From Klebsiella phage VB_KpM-AEV23, in the sequence record OR810919.1: 55,637 nt of DNA; one strand, 5' to 3'. The position numbers were made by a program, and so were the translations under genes. Of the stretch, positions 17,520-27,048 are shown piece after piece. A model generated the notes under the pieces. The model searched no databases. It was not told the origin of the DNA and saw only the letters and a list, made by a program, of their open reading frames with translations. Numbering within the stretch: the stretch's first letter is position 1; every line of letters begins with the position of its first letter.

Positions 17520-19486
17520 GTTTTCTTTTTGATGGATTTGAAGGGGTCAAGAATGTTAAACCTATCAACCGTCCTATTCCGCATGTCAGGGATACTGGAT
17601 GGCGGCCGCGCGCGCATTACCCGGATTTGTCTTCTGCGAAACTTATCGGTATTGACTGTGAGACATGGGACCCAGGGATGGACACAAATGGTTCTGGTTG
17701 GGCCAGGCGGGAAGGTCATATCGTTGGAGTTAGTGTCGCCACTGACAACGGATTCAAAGCTTACTACCCAATACGACACGAGCTCGGAGCAGAGGATAAC
17801 CTACCAGTTGAGCAAGTATTTGGTTGGTTACGACGGGAACTTTCGCGACCTGAGCAGACTAAAGTCGGTGCTAACATCACATATGACCTGGGCTGGCTTT
17901 CTGCAGAAGGCGTGGAAGTCAAAGGACTGTGTATGGATGTTCAATATGCAGAAGCTCTTCTCGATCCAGGTGCGCGTGTGGCGTTGGAAGGACTTGGAAG
18001 AAAATATGTAGGTGAAGGTAAAGACTCAGCAGAAATGTATGAGTGGATTGCGGAAGCTTACGGGTGTAAACCTACAGGTGAAGCCCGTAAGTACATCTAC
18101 AAAACGCCTCCACGTCTTGTGGGCTACTATGCAGAATCAGATGCGGACTTGCCAATACACATCATGAAAGCCCAGTGGCCTTTACTTCAACGCTGGGCTT
18201 TAACTGACGTGTTTTATATGGAGTGCAAGCTCATTCCATTAATGTTGAAAATGCGTTTTGCAGGTGTACGTGTTGACTTGGATGCAGCGAAAGTCGCCGA
18301 CGACAGATTGTCCGAGGAGATTAAGAAGATGCACAAGCAGATACGTGACCAGCTTGGTTTCAATGTTAACGTCAACTCGGGTAGTGACCTTGCTCTTGCC
18401 TTTGACCATTTAGGTCTGGAGTATGGCAGGACTAAAGCAGGTAACCCATCATTTACGGCGGACTTTCTTGCAGGCCTGCATCACCCGTTTGCAGAGCTTA
18501 TTTCTGAGATTAAGTCCTATGAGAAAATCCAGTCCACGTTTATTCGTGGCTACATCTTGGGGATGAATACAAATGGCTTCCTTCACGGTCAATTCCATCA
18601 AATGCGCGGTGATGACGGCGGAACCGTTAGTGGTCGGTTTAGCTCATCTGACCCTAATCTGCAGAATATACCGTCTCGACACAAAGTATTGGGACCACTC
18701 GTTCGTTCTTGTTTCGTACCGGACCTTGGACACAGATGGGCTTCCGCCGACTACGCCCAAATCGAGTATCGATTCATGGCGCATTTTGCAGTCGGACCGG
18801 GTGCTGATGAGTTACGAGCAATTTTTGCGGCTAACCCGGAAGCAGATTACCACGCTGTTATGGTCGACATTATTAAGGAAGCCTCAGGTCACATTATAGA
18901 ACGTAAACCAGCGAAGACAATTAACTTCGGTCTGTTATATGGCATGATGCTTAAAGCACTTGCCCGTAAGCTGGCTATGACTCCTGAGGAAGCAGAACCA
19001 ATACTTGCGGCTTACCACCAAGGCGCACCATTCATCGGTGCTACAATGAAACACTATGAAGAACTATGTTATTCACAGGGTTACGTTGAAACTATAATGG
19101 GCCGCAAAACGTGGTTTGATTTGTGGGTGCCTGAATGGGGTGGCCAAGGCTTTACTCCGCTTCCGAAAGATGAAGCTCTTGCTACTTACAACCGTGGCAA
19201 CATTAAACTGGCTAACACCCACAAAGCAATCAACCGAGTCCTTCAAGGTTCTTCTGCGGACCAGATGAAAGCCGGTATGCTGAAAGGTTACGAGGACGGG
19301 TACTTTGACGAGATTGGTGTTCCGCGTCTTACAGTACACGATGAATTAAACTTCTCTATCCCAAACACTAAGAGTGCAGAAGCAGGATTTAAAGACTTTG
19401 TAAAGGTCATGGAAACTGTATTACCACTCCGTGTTCCTGTTCTTACAGATGCGCAAATAGGTGACAACTGGGACCAGGCTCACTAA
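17516..19486 (+). CDS. DNA polymerase, family A, with 3'-5' proofreading exonuclease
   Basis: Exo I IGIDCETW, pol motif A DYAQIEYR, motif B RKPAKTINFGLLYG, motif C VHDEL. Confidence 0.9.
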   Translation: MSFLFDGFEGVKNVKPINRPIPHVRDTGWRPRAHYPDLSSAKLIGIDCETWDPGMDTNGSGWARREGHIVGVSVATDNGFKAYYPIRHELGAEDNLPVEQVFGWLRRELSRPEQTKVGANITYDLGWLSAEGVEVKGLCMDVQYAEALLDPGARVALEGLGRKYVGEGKDSAEMYEWIAEAYGCKPTGEARKYIYKTPPRLVGYYAESDADLPIHIMKAQWPLLQRWALTDVFYMECKLIPLMLKMRFAGVRVDLDAAKVADDRLSEEIKKMHKQIRDQLGFNVNVNSGSDLALAFDHLGLEYGRTKAGNPSFTADFLAGLHHPFAELISEIKSYEKIQSTFIRGYILGMNTNGFLHGQFHQMRGDDGGTVSGRFSSSDPNLQNIPSRHKVLGPLVRSCFVPDLGHRWASADYAQIEYRFMAHFAVGPGADELRAIFAANPEADYHAVMVDIIKEASGHIIERKPAKTINFGLLYGMMLKALARKLAMTPEEAEPILAAYHQGAPFIGATMKHYEELCYSQGYVETIMGRKTWFDLWVPEWGGQGFTPLPKDEALATYNRGNIKLANTHKAINRVLQGSSADQMKAGMLKGYEDGYFDEIGVPRLTVHDELNFSIPNTKSAEAGFKDFVKVMETVLPLRVPVLTDAQIGDNWDQAH

Positions 19487-19487
19487 T

Positions 19488-19889
19488 ATGGCAAGACCAA
19501 TACCGACCCATTGTAAGAAGTGTGGAGGTGACGACTTTGATAAGCGTCACCGCTGCAAACCTTGTGAACGTGCCAGGACTAAAGCTTGGCGCAACAAGAA
19601 CATTGACAAAGTGTCTGAGCACAACAGACGTAACAGAGAGCGTAACCGTGACCCAAAGGTGCACTCGGAAGCTAACTACCGACACGAGCTTACTCGGCTA
19701 AAGCGCGTACCAGCTTGGTCAGAAAAGGAGGAAATAAAAAATTTCTATAAGGCCTGTCCACCTGGTTATGAGGTTGACCATATTATACCTTTGTGCGGAA
19801 AGTTGGTAAGCGGATTACATGTATTGGCAAATCTACAGTATTTACCTACCAAAGAAAACAGGTGTAAGTCAAATAAGTTCGAAGTATAA
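19488..19889 (+). CDS. HNH endonuclease
   Basis: N-terminal CKKCGG...C..C and HNH core EVDHIIPL...N. Confidence 0.65.
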   Translation: MARPIPTHCKKCGGDDFDKRHRCKPCERARTKAWRNKNIDKVSEHNRRNRERNRDPKVHSEANYRHELTRLKRVPAWSEKEEIKNFYKACPPGYEVDHIIPLCGKLVSGLHVLANLQYLPTKENRCKSNKFEV

Positions 19890-19907
19890 AAAAGGAGAGT
19901 CTATTAT

Positions 19908-20183
19908 ATGTCTAATATAGGTTTAGAATACCCAGTAGATGAAACGCTTAAGGCAAGGGCGAAGGAGATACTAGACGCCTCAGAATGCAATACGGGACTG
20001 GACTGGTTTATGCGGATATTCCAGGAAGAACCGGAAGATGTTGCCAAAAAGCTTTACAAAAGCGGTATCAACGGTTATGATATTACCGCCCTGTGTTTTG
20101 AGATACGAGGCGAGGACGACGCATGGACACAGAAGCTATGCGACGAGTTAGAAACTATCTACTGTGAAGAAGAATGTAAATGA
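19908..20183 (+). CDS. hypothetical protein
   Basis: RBS aaaggagag. Confidence 0.45.
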   Translation: MSNIGLEYPVDETLKARAKEILDASECNTGLDWFMRIFQEEPEDVAKKLYKSGINGYDITALCFEIRGEDDAWTQKLCDELETIYCEEECK

Positions 20184-20404
20184 TTGAGACTACACGCACT
20201 TCAGACGTTAATGATATGGCATCGGATGCTGAGCAGATTGCACGTGAGGCGGCAATAGCAAGTCGTGTGCAATATAAAGGTGTGAGTCCTATTGATTGCT
20301 ATCAGTGTGGTGAACCTATTGAACCAAAGCGTCGTGAGCTGATTGCCGGTACAGTACTTTGTTCTCACTGCGCCAACTTTAACGAGCGCAAAGCTAAGCG
20401 ATAA
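20180..20404 (+). CDS. TraR/DksA-family C4 zinc-finger protein
   Basis: CYQCGEPIEPKRREL...CSHC. Confidence 0.55.
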   Translation: MIETTRTSDVNDMASDAEQIAREAAIASRVQYKGVSPIDCYQCGEPIEPKRRELIAGTVLCSHCANFNERKAKR

Positions 20405-20407
20405 AAT

Positions 20408-20432
20408 AAAGGGCCCTTATTCGGGGCCCTTT
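20408..20432. terminator. bidirectional terminator between convergent plus and minus operons
   Basis: Hairpin aagggccc-ttattcg-gggccctt with A and T runs on either side. Confidence 0.7.
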
Positions 20433-20695
20433 CCATTACTCCATTCGATTATCTTATCTATCTTGTAAGTACAATCTTCAAGAGCCACTCCCCTGTCTAT
20501 TGCCAACTGACCTATATCCTTCCAGGTCTTACCCTGCAACACAGGCTTCTTGCACGTAACAAGATAGGCCTGAGGCGGGTACTGCTTGACGATTCTGTCC
20601 TTGTAAATAACCTCAGGCTTGTTACTGCATGAGGTCGATAACACCGTCAGGAGCATTAGTATTGGCACAAGCATCATTCTTTGTAGCTGCGTCAT
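20417..20695 (-). CDS. o-spanin (outer-membrane lipoprotein, Rz1-like), overlapping the i-spanin
   Basis: Internal start 20695 with RBS aaggaa. Signal plus lipobox-like LSTSC. Mature part is Pro-rich with 2 Cys. Confidence 0.5.
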   Translation of the reverse strand: MTQLQRMMLVPILMLLTVLSTSCSNKPEVIYKDRIVKQYPPQAYLVTCKKPVLQGKTWKDIGQLAIDRGVALEDCTYKIDKIIEWSNGKGPE

Positions 20696-20951
20696 ACTTT
20701 GGTTTCCTTTCTTTGAGCTTGTCTTCAAGCTCTTTATTCTTAAGGGCCATGTCAGCAGAAGCATTGCGCTCAACAGCTATCTGACCGCGCAGCTCAGTAT
20801 TGGCAGTGGACAATTCTTTGTTGTCCTTTGTAATCTGCTCAATAGTATCATCCTTGATTTGAATGTCCTGCTTGAGGGACTTAACCCACAAACACAGCAG
20901 AACAATGGCAATTCCGAACAACGTGATTATTACTGCACCGGTTTTAGACAT
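20622..20951 (-). CDS. i-spanin (Rz-like)
   Basis: N-terminal TM segment then a coiled coil. Position is downstream of the endolysin. Confidence 0.55.
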   Translation of the reverse strand: MSKTGAVIITLFGIAIVLLCLWVKSLKQDIQIKDDTIEQITKDNKELSTANTELRGQIAVERNASADMALKNKELEDKLKERKPKYDAATKNDACANTNAPDGVIDLMQ

Positions 20952-21475
20952 AAGGCTTTTTCCTTCTGCTTACGTATAGTCAAGCCTCTGTACTTGCCGC
21001 CCATATCCCAGTCAGTAATACGGTTACACATCTCCGTCCAGTTCTGGTAGCGAGCTGCAGTATAGATGCGGGTTGGAGAACCATCTTTATTACGACGCAA
21101 CTTAGTGCAACCGTGGTTGAATACCATCGAGGTCATTGCGCTAAACTGGTTGTCGTTCATTTCCTTTCCGTGGAACCAGTTATTAACACAGGTTTCAGCT
21201 TCCTGGATATTCTTGACCCATCGGTCAGCAATCTCCTGGTCAGTCAAACCTGCTTTACGCACTGCCGGTTCATCTTCGTAGATGCGGCTACCAATACCAA
21301 CGGTAAGATAGCCAGTAGGGCAAACATACGGGTTGCGCATACAACCTTCTGCATTGCCGATTATTTCAAGACCTTCCTGGTTAGTCCGTACGTGCGTACT
21401 GGTCATTGACAATACCAGACCAATAATAGCAAGTACGGAACAACCACCTTTAGTCGCTGTTGATTTTAGACTCAC
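20930..21475 (-). CDS. SAR endolysin, GH24 (T4-lysozyme-like)
   Basis: N-terminal signal-anchor GGCSVLAIIGLVL; catalytic region EGLEIIGNAEG...TVGIG. Confidence 0.65.
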   Translation of the reverse strand: MSLKSTATKGGCSVLAIIGLVLSMTSTHVRTNQEGLEIIGNAEGCMRNPYVCPTGYLTVGIGSRIYEDEPAVRKAGLTDQEIADRWVKNIQEAETCVNNWFHGKEMNDNQFSAMTSMVFNHGCTKLRRNKDGSPTRIYTAARYQNWTEMCNRITDWDMGGKYRGLTIRKQKEKALCLKPVQ

Positions 21476-21713
21476 GCAACACCTCTTCTTCGGAAGCTAC
21501 CTCATCTTCCACCGGCTTCTTACGTCTGTAATAGTCCGACATAATTTTGGTTCGACGTGTCTGGTTATAGGTAACAACAATTAACATTATAAGGGATGAG
21601 ATAATACCAATGATAGTACCCCAATCGCTTAAAGACAATGTACTAACTGTTATTGTAAGCCAGGCAATGAACTGGCCAATTGTATAGCACCAGCGCTCGA
21701 ATAAGTCGTGCAT
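21450..21713 (-). CDS. holin (2 TM helices, charged C-terminus)
   Basis: Hydrophobic segments followed by a KR/E-rich tail. Immediately upstream of the endolysin. Confidence 0.5.
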   Translation of the reverse strand: MHDLFERWCYTIGQFIAWLTITVSTLSLSDWGTIIGIISSLIMLIVVTYNQTRRTKIMSDYYRRKKPVEDEVASEEEVLRESKINSD

Positions 21714-21814
21714 CCCTTAGCTCCGGTTGGTTGTACACTCAGAGTGGATTATAGCACGATTGTTTGCCAAAAGAAATATGCCAGCAACTGATTAAGCTTG
21801 CTGGCATCAATAAC

Positions 21815-22324
21815 TTATGGCCGCTCAGGCCAGTCGATATGAGGTGCAGCCGATACGTCAAGCACTGTAAGAGCTGCTCGATATTTACTCAGCAGCACAC
21901 GGCGTGTCGGGTCCTCTTCTTTATCAATCTCGTCGCCAACCCAAACTAACTCAGACTTAAGTTTGTATGAAGCATCTTCCTTGAGCTTGTCAGCGTGCAG
22001 CATAAACTTGCCATTGAAGTACAGCCATTGATGGCATACTTCTGAGAAGTTCTTAACGTCAGGAATCTCGTCAACAACATAAACACTGGCGTTAACAGGA
22101 AACATCTGACCAGGCAGTTTGGTTGCAGCAACAACGACGTTGTACTCATCCACAGTAATAAACCATGCGTCTTTGTACTGACGGGTTATTAGCCTTACAA
22201 CCTCATACCAGTCGTTACCGCCTACATCACGAATGAAGGTGCAACCAGCTTTAAACTTAGCTAAGTTGACAGCCGTCCTTTGTGGGCGGTATTCGGTAAA
22301 GTTATTAAACTGTGCAAGTTCCAT
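21815..22324 (-). CDS. tail fibre assembly (Tfa)-like chaperone
   Basis: C-terminal YRAALTVLDVSAAPHIDWPERP motif of Tfa type. Confidence 0.45.
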   Translation of the reverse strand: MELAQFNNFTEYRPQRTAVNLAKFKAGCTFIRDVGGNDWYEVVRLITRQYKDAWFITVDEYNVVVAATKLPGQMFPVNASVYVVDEIPDVKNFSEVCHQWLYFNGKFMLHADKLKEDASYKLKSELVWVGDEIDKEEDPTRRVLLSKYRAALTVLDVSAAPHIDWPERP

Positions 22325-22326
22325 AG

Positions 22327-22869
22327 TTACTCCGGTTTAGCAGGTAACTTCATTACCGTACCTTCATTGACGTCAAGGCGGTTAACAGCAATACGATAGT
22401 CACGCCACAACTCAAACAAGCGTTTTTCGTTGTCAGTTGCTTTACCTGAATCAACTGCATCGCGCAGAATAGAAACCTGTAAAGTAGCTTCTTCCAGCGC
22501 TGATGCTTTACGACGTCTTGCTTGTTCGATACCCACAGAAGGGTCGAGCTCAAAGCCTTTGCCATTAAACAACCATGTACCTACACGTTGCACCATGGCG
22601 TCAGGCGCACCAGTAACAGCCATTACGTAACAGCCAGACGGGAATAGCGTCGACGCGTCAGCAGAAACTGCTGTAACAGCTTTATCGTCATTCACAGTAA
22701 CGAAGTGCATCCCTTTACACTCAGTCTCAAGCTCAGGGATAACATCATACCAGCAACGCCCATCCGGCGCGCCAAGATAGGCGACGCCGAGGGTGTTTGC
22801 CATATGTTCTTCGCTTTCACTCGCAGGTAAGCGAGGAGTAAAGGGACCGAACGTTTTGGCAATCTTCAT
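22327..22869 (-). CDS. second Tfa-like chaperone paralogue
   Basis: C-terminus WRDYRIAVNRLDVNEGT...P..P. Confidence 0.4.
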   Translation of the reverse strand: MKIAKTFGPFTPRLPASESEEHMANTLGVAYLGAPDGRCWYDVIPELETECKGMHFVTVNDDKAVTAVSADASTLFPSGCYVMAVTGAPDAMVQRVGTWLFNGKGFELDPSVGIEQARRRKASALEEATLQVSILRDAVDSGKATDNEKRLFELWRDYRIAVNRLDVNEGTVMKLPAKPE

Positions 22870-24218
22870 TAAATTTGTCCTACAGTGAACCAGCTACCGT
22901 TAACGAGAATCTGAAGTGGACGAGAGAAGACATTACGGAATTCATCTTCACGACCGCTTTTAGAATGAATATCGAAACCAGTTGCCGCGTGACCGGATGG
23001 GACGCGTAGCACGAAGGATTCGCCGCCAGTTCTTGGGTTAGTTACTTCAGAACCCCAACGGACGCTATTCACGACACTCGATAAGTCGACAGGCTGAGGG
23101 TTATTTGGTGAATATACTCTAGTCCCATTTTCGCATAAAGTAAAGCTATTTAGCGTGGTGACTCGGTTATTTGCACCATCCACAGACAATGCGGCAATAC
23201 GTCTGTCAGCAATACCACCGGCACGAGATACAGCCAGGTTAATCTGGGTTGCACCGCCTGACACCAGGATATGCTGGATGTGTGTCATAGGTACTGAACC
23301 CCAGCGAGCCGCGGTAATCAGGTTACTGTTGGCCGAAACAGATACGGAGGTCATGTACTCAGTAACTGCCGTACCGCCTGCTACGTTACCAGATACCTCG
23401 TGAACTGCAACACCAGAAGAGTTAGCAGCGCGGAACAGGTCAGAAGTATTGCGCGCAATATGAACCCAACCTACTGTACCGAGGTTACCACGGATTGAGT
23501 CAGAACCATCCATAGGGATGAAGTCCTGGTCAATGTTCAAGTCTGCGGCAGACGGTTTATTGCTGGGACCATACTGACCTTCCCAGTTGTTCCACGTACC
23601 GTTAATCTTGTCGCGCAGGTACAGGATTCGTTTGTTAGCAGGCTTAGCCCATTGAGTAGCGTTATTAGCATCAATCTGGATATGTACCAGCTCACATGCA
23701 ACGCCTGACTCTGGACCACCTACTCCTGTGGGTGTAAGCTGGTACAAGCCATCGTTAGTAATTGACGATGCGTTAGTAACAACTTCAGCATTACCACCGA
23801 GACCAAACGCGCCAACCTGAATCAGGTTACCTGAGTTCTTGCCGACCTGTCTTGCAGCAGCAGTTGCAGCAGTGAGGTCGAGTACAGGACGCCATTGTGT
23901 TGGGTTGTTAGCTGGCGCCATGTTAATATTCTGTACAAGGCAACGATAGAGCATGTTGCTTGCTTGTACTTTAACAAGAGCACCAACAGGATAAGTCTCG
24001 GTGGCAACCCAGACGTCAACGCCTTGCTGCAGAATATAGTGGATGCCTTTGTCAGTACGGTTACCAATGAAGTTGAACCACTCCATAGGCGGAATACCGT
24101 CTGAGTAACCCAGGGTCGCACCCCAACCACGGGCAAGGTCGCCGAATGGTAACAGCTCACCAGTGCCTGCAGCACTCGCGAAGATGTCATTATCCGGTCT
24201 AGTCTGTACATCAGCCAT
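22869..24218 (-). CDS. tail fibre protein
   Basis: 449 aa, rich in Gly/Asn/Thr/Ser, between the baseplate genes and the Tfa genes. Confidence 0.5.
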   Translation of the reverse strand: MADVQTRPDNDIFASAAGTGELLPFGDLARGWGATLGYSDGIPPMEWFNFIGNRTDKGIHYILQQGVDVWVATETYPVGALVKVQASNMLYRCLVQNINMAPANNPTQWRPVLDLTAATAAARQVGKNSGNLIQVGAFGLGGNAEVVTNASSITNDGLYQLTPTGVGGPESGVACELVHIQIDANNATQWAKPANKRILYLRDKINGTWNNWEGQYGPSNKPSAADLNIDQDFIPMDGSDSIRGNLGTVGWVHIARNTSDLFRAANSSGVAVHEVSGNVAGGTAVTEYMTSVSVSANSNLITAARWGSVPMTHIQHILVSGGATQINLAVSRAGGIADRRIAALSVDGANNRVTTLNSFTLCENGTRVYSPNNPQPVDLSSVVNSVRWGSEVTNPRTGGESFVLRVPSGHAATGFDIHSKSGREDEFRNVFSRPLQILVNGSWFTVGQI

Positions 24219-24864
24219 ATACGTTCACCTGTGCTGGTAAGTTTACGGTAGCATAACGATACAACGCATCTGTTGCATCTACGCTTGTGTTCAGGTTAAT
24301 CTTAACACCCATCGGTCTCGGCAAGATGTCATAGTTCTGGATGAGCACCTGTTTCAATGGCGTGAGTGTACCATAAATTTCTAACGTGAGAGACATATCC
24401 TCATTGTCAGTAACAACAAAGTTGTTCTCACCAAAGAATTCTATTAAGAAGTCAATCAAGTATGGCAGATTGCCTTCCTGGAAGTTTTTCCAGATTTTCA
24501 TCTTGATGTATGTGCGCAAGTCAACATCGTCAAGAACAACTGGGTCGAACAGCGATGCACCATAGCGATAGAATGGACCGCCCTTTTTACCAGACGAACC
24601 ACCAAAGCCTAGCACATCAGGAATTTTATTGGTGAAGCCGAAGAACTTACGGTCAACACCTTTCTTCAGCACGCGTGACGCACCAACACGAGCAGCAACG
24701 TTATCCAGGCCTTTGCCAAAAGCTTTGTCGATATTAAGACTATCAACAACCTGTTGCGCACCATCCCAGATAGGTTGAATCGCATCATCAAAACCCTGGA
24801 TTGTAGCCAGGGCTTTTGGTTTGTCAGCATACTGTTGTATTAACAGTTGCTTGTAATTAGCCAT
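24211..24864 (-). CDS. baseplate/tail protein (P2 gpI-like position)
   Basis: Follows the J-like gene. Confidence 0.4.
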   Translation of the reverse strand: MANYKQLLIQQYADKPKALATIQGFDDAIQPIWDGAQQVVDSLNIDKAFGKGLDNVAARVGASRVLKKGVDRKFFGFTNKIPDVLGFGGSSGKKGGPFYRYGASLFDPVVLDDVDLRTYIKMKIWKNFQEGNLPYLIDFLIEFFGENNFVVTDNEDMSLTLEIYGTLTPLKQVLIQNYDILPRPMGVKINLNTSVDATDALYRYATVNLPAQVNVYG

Positions 24865-26020
24865 CAGCGTTTACCACCGCAATAGTGATTCTGTCTGCCG
24901 AGAAGATTGCTCGCTGTAATGCAGTAATCTTTTGGATAGTGCCAGACGTTGGATTTGCTGTTGTACCCACAAAGAAGGACTGAATGTAGAAGTTCGGGTT
25001 TGCACCTTGAACCAACTGGCCCAGTTCGTAAGTAGATACTTCTTCGCCGATGTTAAACACTTTGGACAAGATTGCATTTTTAATCAAGTCTTCAGACACA
25101 TCAGTAAACAGCTCTTTACGAGCAACAACAATTGACGCGTACATATTAACATAAGTCGGCTGGCTCCACTTCATTGTACGTGGTTTACCAGTCTTATCAG
25201 TTACGTTATATGACTGCGTACCAATCTGCTTACAGCCTGTAGATTTACGACGGAAGATACAGTCTGCAATTTTAGCAGGTGTACCGCCATCAACTACAAT
25301 CTGCATACTCTTAGCAGGCAGGCCAGTTAACGGGTCAGTAGTATCTTCATCGTTCTCATAACCAGCAGCAGCAATTACGTCAGGCATCTGGCGAATCTCA
25401 GCCACGATACCGTCTACTGTGTTTTGTGATGTAATACCGTAAGAGTCATACGCACGGTCGACAGCTTCTGAGTCGAGCTCAGTAGATGCACCGCCAGAAG
25501 ATACCTGCAGGTTAGTAACCTTAGTAACGCCAGGCAGGATAGTCTTTGGTGTCAGCACATCGTTAGCTAGTACGACAAAGCGGCCGGTCTTAGTAGAGCT
25601 GAAGCTCGTTTCAACAACACCTGTGTCGTCAAGTGCTACAGTAGAGTTGAGCTGATATTCATTACCAGCAGCATCAGCTACAATATAAGGCACACGTACG
25701 ATTAAGTTCTTGCTACCTTCAATCTTAACTTTAGTCAGCAGTGTAACCTGCTCAGACTTACGAGAAAGCTTGAGGTAAGCAAGGAACTGGTCAACATAAA
25801 CGCCTGATGCTTGGTTAGGGTCAAGCATAGAGAACAGGATAGCAACTTGCTCGTCCTGGTCTGCAAAGATTTGTGCCAGTATGCCGACCATCTGTCCGTC
25901 TGCAGATTTAGCTGACAGGTCGATGTCAGCACCATACACACGACGGAATAATGTCTCGAATCTGGAAATCCAGTCGTCAAGCATTACTGGCGTGTAACCG
26001 GTTTGAGTTACCGAGCCCAT
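24857..26020 (-). CDS. baseplate J-like protein
   Basis: 387 aa. N-terminus and gene order are of J-family type. Confidence 0.55.
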   Translation of the reverse strand: MGSVTQTGYTPVMLDDWISRFETLFRRVYGADIDLSAKSADGQMVGILAQIFADQDEQVAILFSMLDPNQASGVYVDQFLAYLKLSRKSEQVTLLTKVKIEGSKNLIVRVPYIVADAAGNEYQLNSTVALDDTGVVETSFSSTKTGRFVVLANDVLTPKTILPGVTKVTNLQVSSGGASTELDSEAVDRAYDSYGITSQNTVDGIVAEIRQMPDVIAAAGYENDEDTTDPLTGLPAKSMQIVVDGGTPAKIADCIFRRKSTGCKQIGTQSYNVTDKTGKPRTMKWSQPTYVNMYASIVVARKELFTDVSEDLIKNAILSKVFNIGEEVSTYELGQLVQGANPNFYIQSFFVGTTANPTSGTIQKITALQRAIFSADRITIAVVNADG

Positions 26021-26023
26021 TGA

Positions 26024-26395
26024 TTACCTCGCCGTTGCCAGGTTAACACTTCTGTTAACACTAATTGGGTTATGATAAATATCGTTAACTTCTACCGTAT
26101 AAGTAGCATGACGTGAGTCAGGGTCGAAGTTAAGGGTAAAGCTGTCAATAGATACAACGCCGTACTCTGACAGTATAGCAGTCTTGATTGCTGCCTCAAG
26201 CTCAGCCCATTGAACAGGCTTATCCATGAGACCGAACCAGTCTATGCCATACTCCAGGTCGTGAACCCAGTCTGCTGTATAACACTGCAGAATCTGTTTG
26301 ATGCGTTGTTCAATGGACTCAGACTCTTCGGCGTAGTCCAGACGACCACGTCCGAAGTTCCAGTCCCAGTTTGAATCAAGTCGTCTGGTTCTCAT
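26024..26395 (-). CDS. baseplate wedge W/gp25-like protein
   Basis: 123 aa, position typical of W. Confidence 0.45.
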   Translation of the reverse strand: MRTRRLDSNWDWNFGRGRLDYAEESESIEQRIKQILQCYTADWVHDLEYGIDWFGLMDKPVQWAELEAAIKTAILSEYGVVSIDSFTLNFDPDSRHATYTVEVNDIYHNPISVNRSVNLATAR

Positions 26396-26403
26396 AAGCC
26401 ACC

Positions 26404-27048
26404 TTATTGTGGACCGTCTGTAATACCGCCACCGTCGCCGTTCTCTTTGTGTTTGTGGGTGCTGAACTTAATACCGCCTATCGTTGCTTCCTTGAACGTT
26501 GCAGACGTGTTTGGCGCGGTTAAAGTAGGCGTTGAAGTAAGGTCAAGCTCAGTCGCTTTAACACTTACTTTGCCGCTGTTGTTAATGTTGATATAGTGCG
26601 AACCGTCAACCTTACGAATTGTGATACCTTCCATCCAGTTGGTTATCTTCATAGGTCTAGGTCTGAAGCCCACAAGTACGAAGCAGTCGGACAAATCATT
26701 TTGTCTGAAGTCGCCAGGTACATTGTTCTCCGCAGTTTCATACCAGTTATCAATGCAGCGGTCAGCCACAAGTAACAGGCATGGGTCATTCTCTTTAGGT
26801 TCAACAGTGATAACGAACAGACCACCACCTAGCTGGAATAAAGGAGCATCAGCAATAGGTGGCAGGCGAAGCATTGAACCGTCATGGCGTTCTGCACTAA
26901 TCATCGGTTCAGCAGTTATGGTCTGTGTGTCTTTGTCAAATGACATTACCCTGCCAGGTAAGCAATGACGCTTGCCGATAGCAGCAGCAAACAAAGCAGC
27001 TTCAAGCGCTTCGTCGAGCGTTGCTGTTTTAAAGTCGTTAACGGCCAT
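26404..27048 (-). CDS. baseplate spike/V-like protein
   Basis: 214 aa, Gly-rich C-terminus. Confidence 0.4.
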   Translation of the reverse strand: MAVNDFKTATLDEALEAALFAAAIGKRHCLPGRVMSFDKDTQTITAEPMISAERHDGSMLRLPPIADAPLFQLGGGLFVITVEPKENDPCLLLVADRCIDNWYETAENNVPGDFRQNDLSDCFVLVGFRPRPMKITNWMEGITIRKVDGSHYININNSGKVSVKATELDLTSTPTLTAPNTSATFKEATIGGIKFSTHKHKENGDGGGITDGPQ

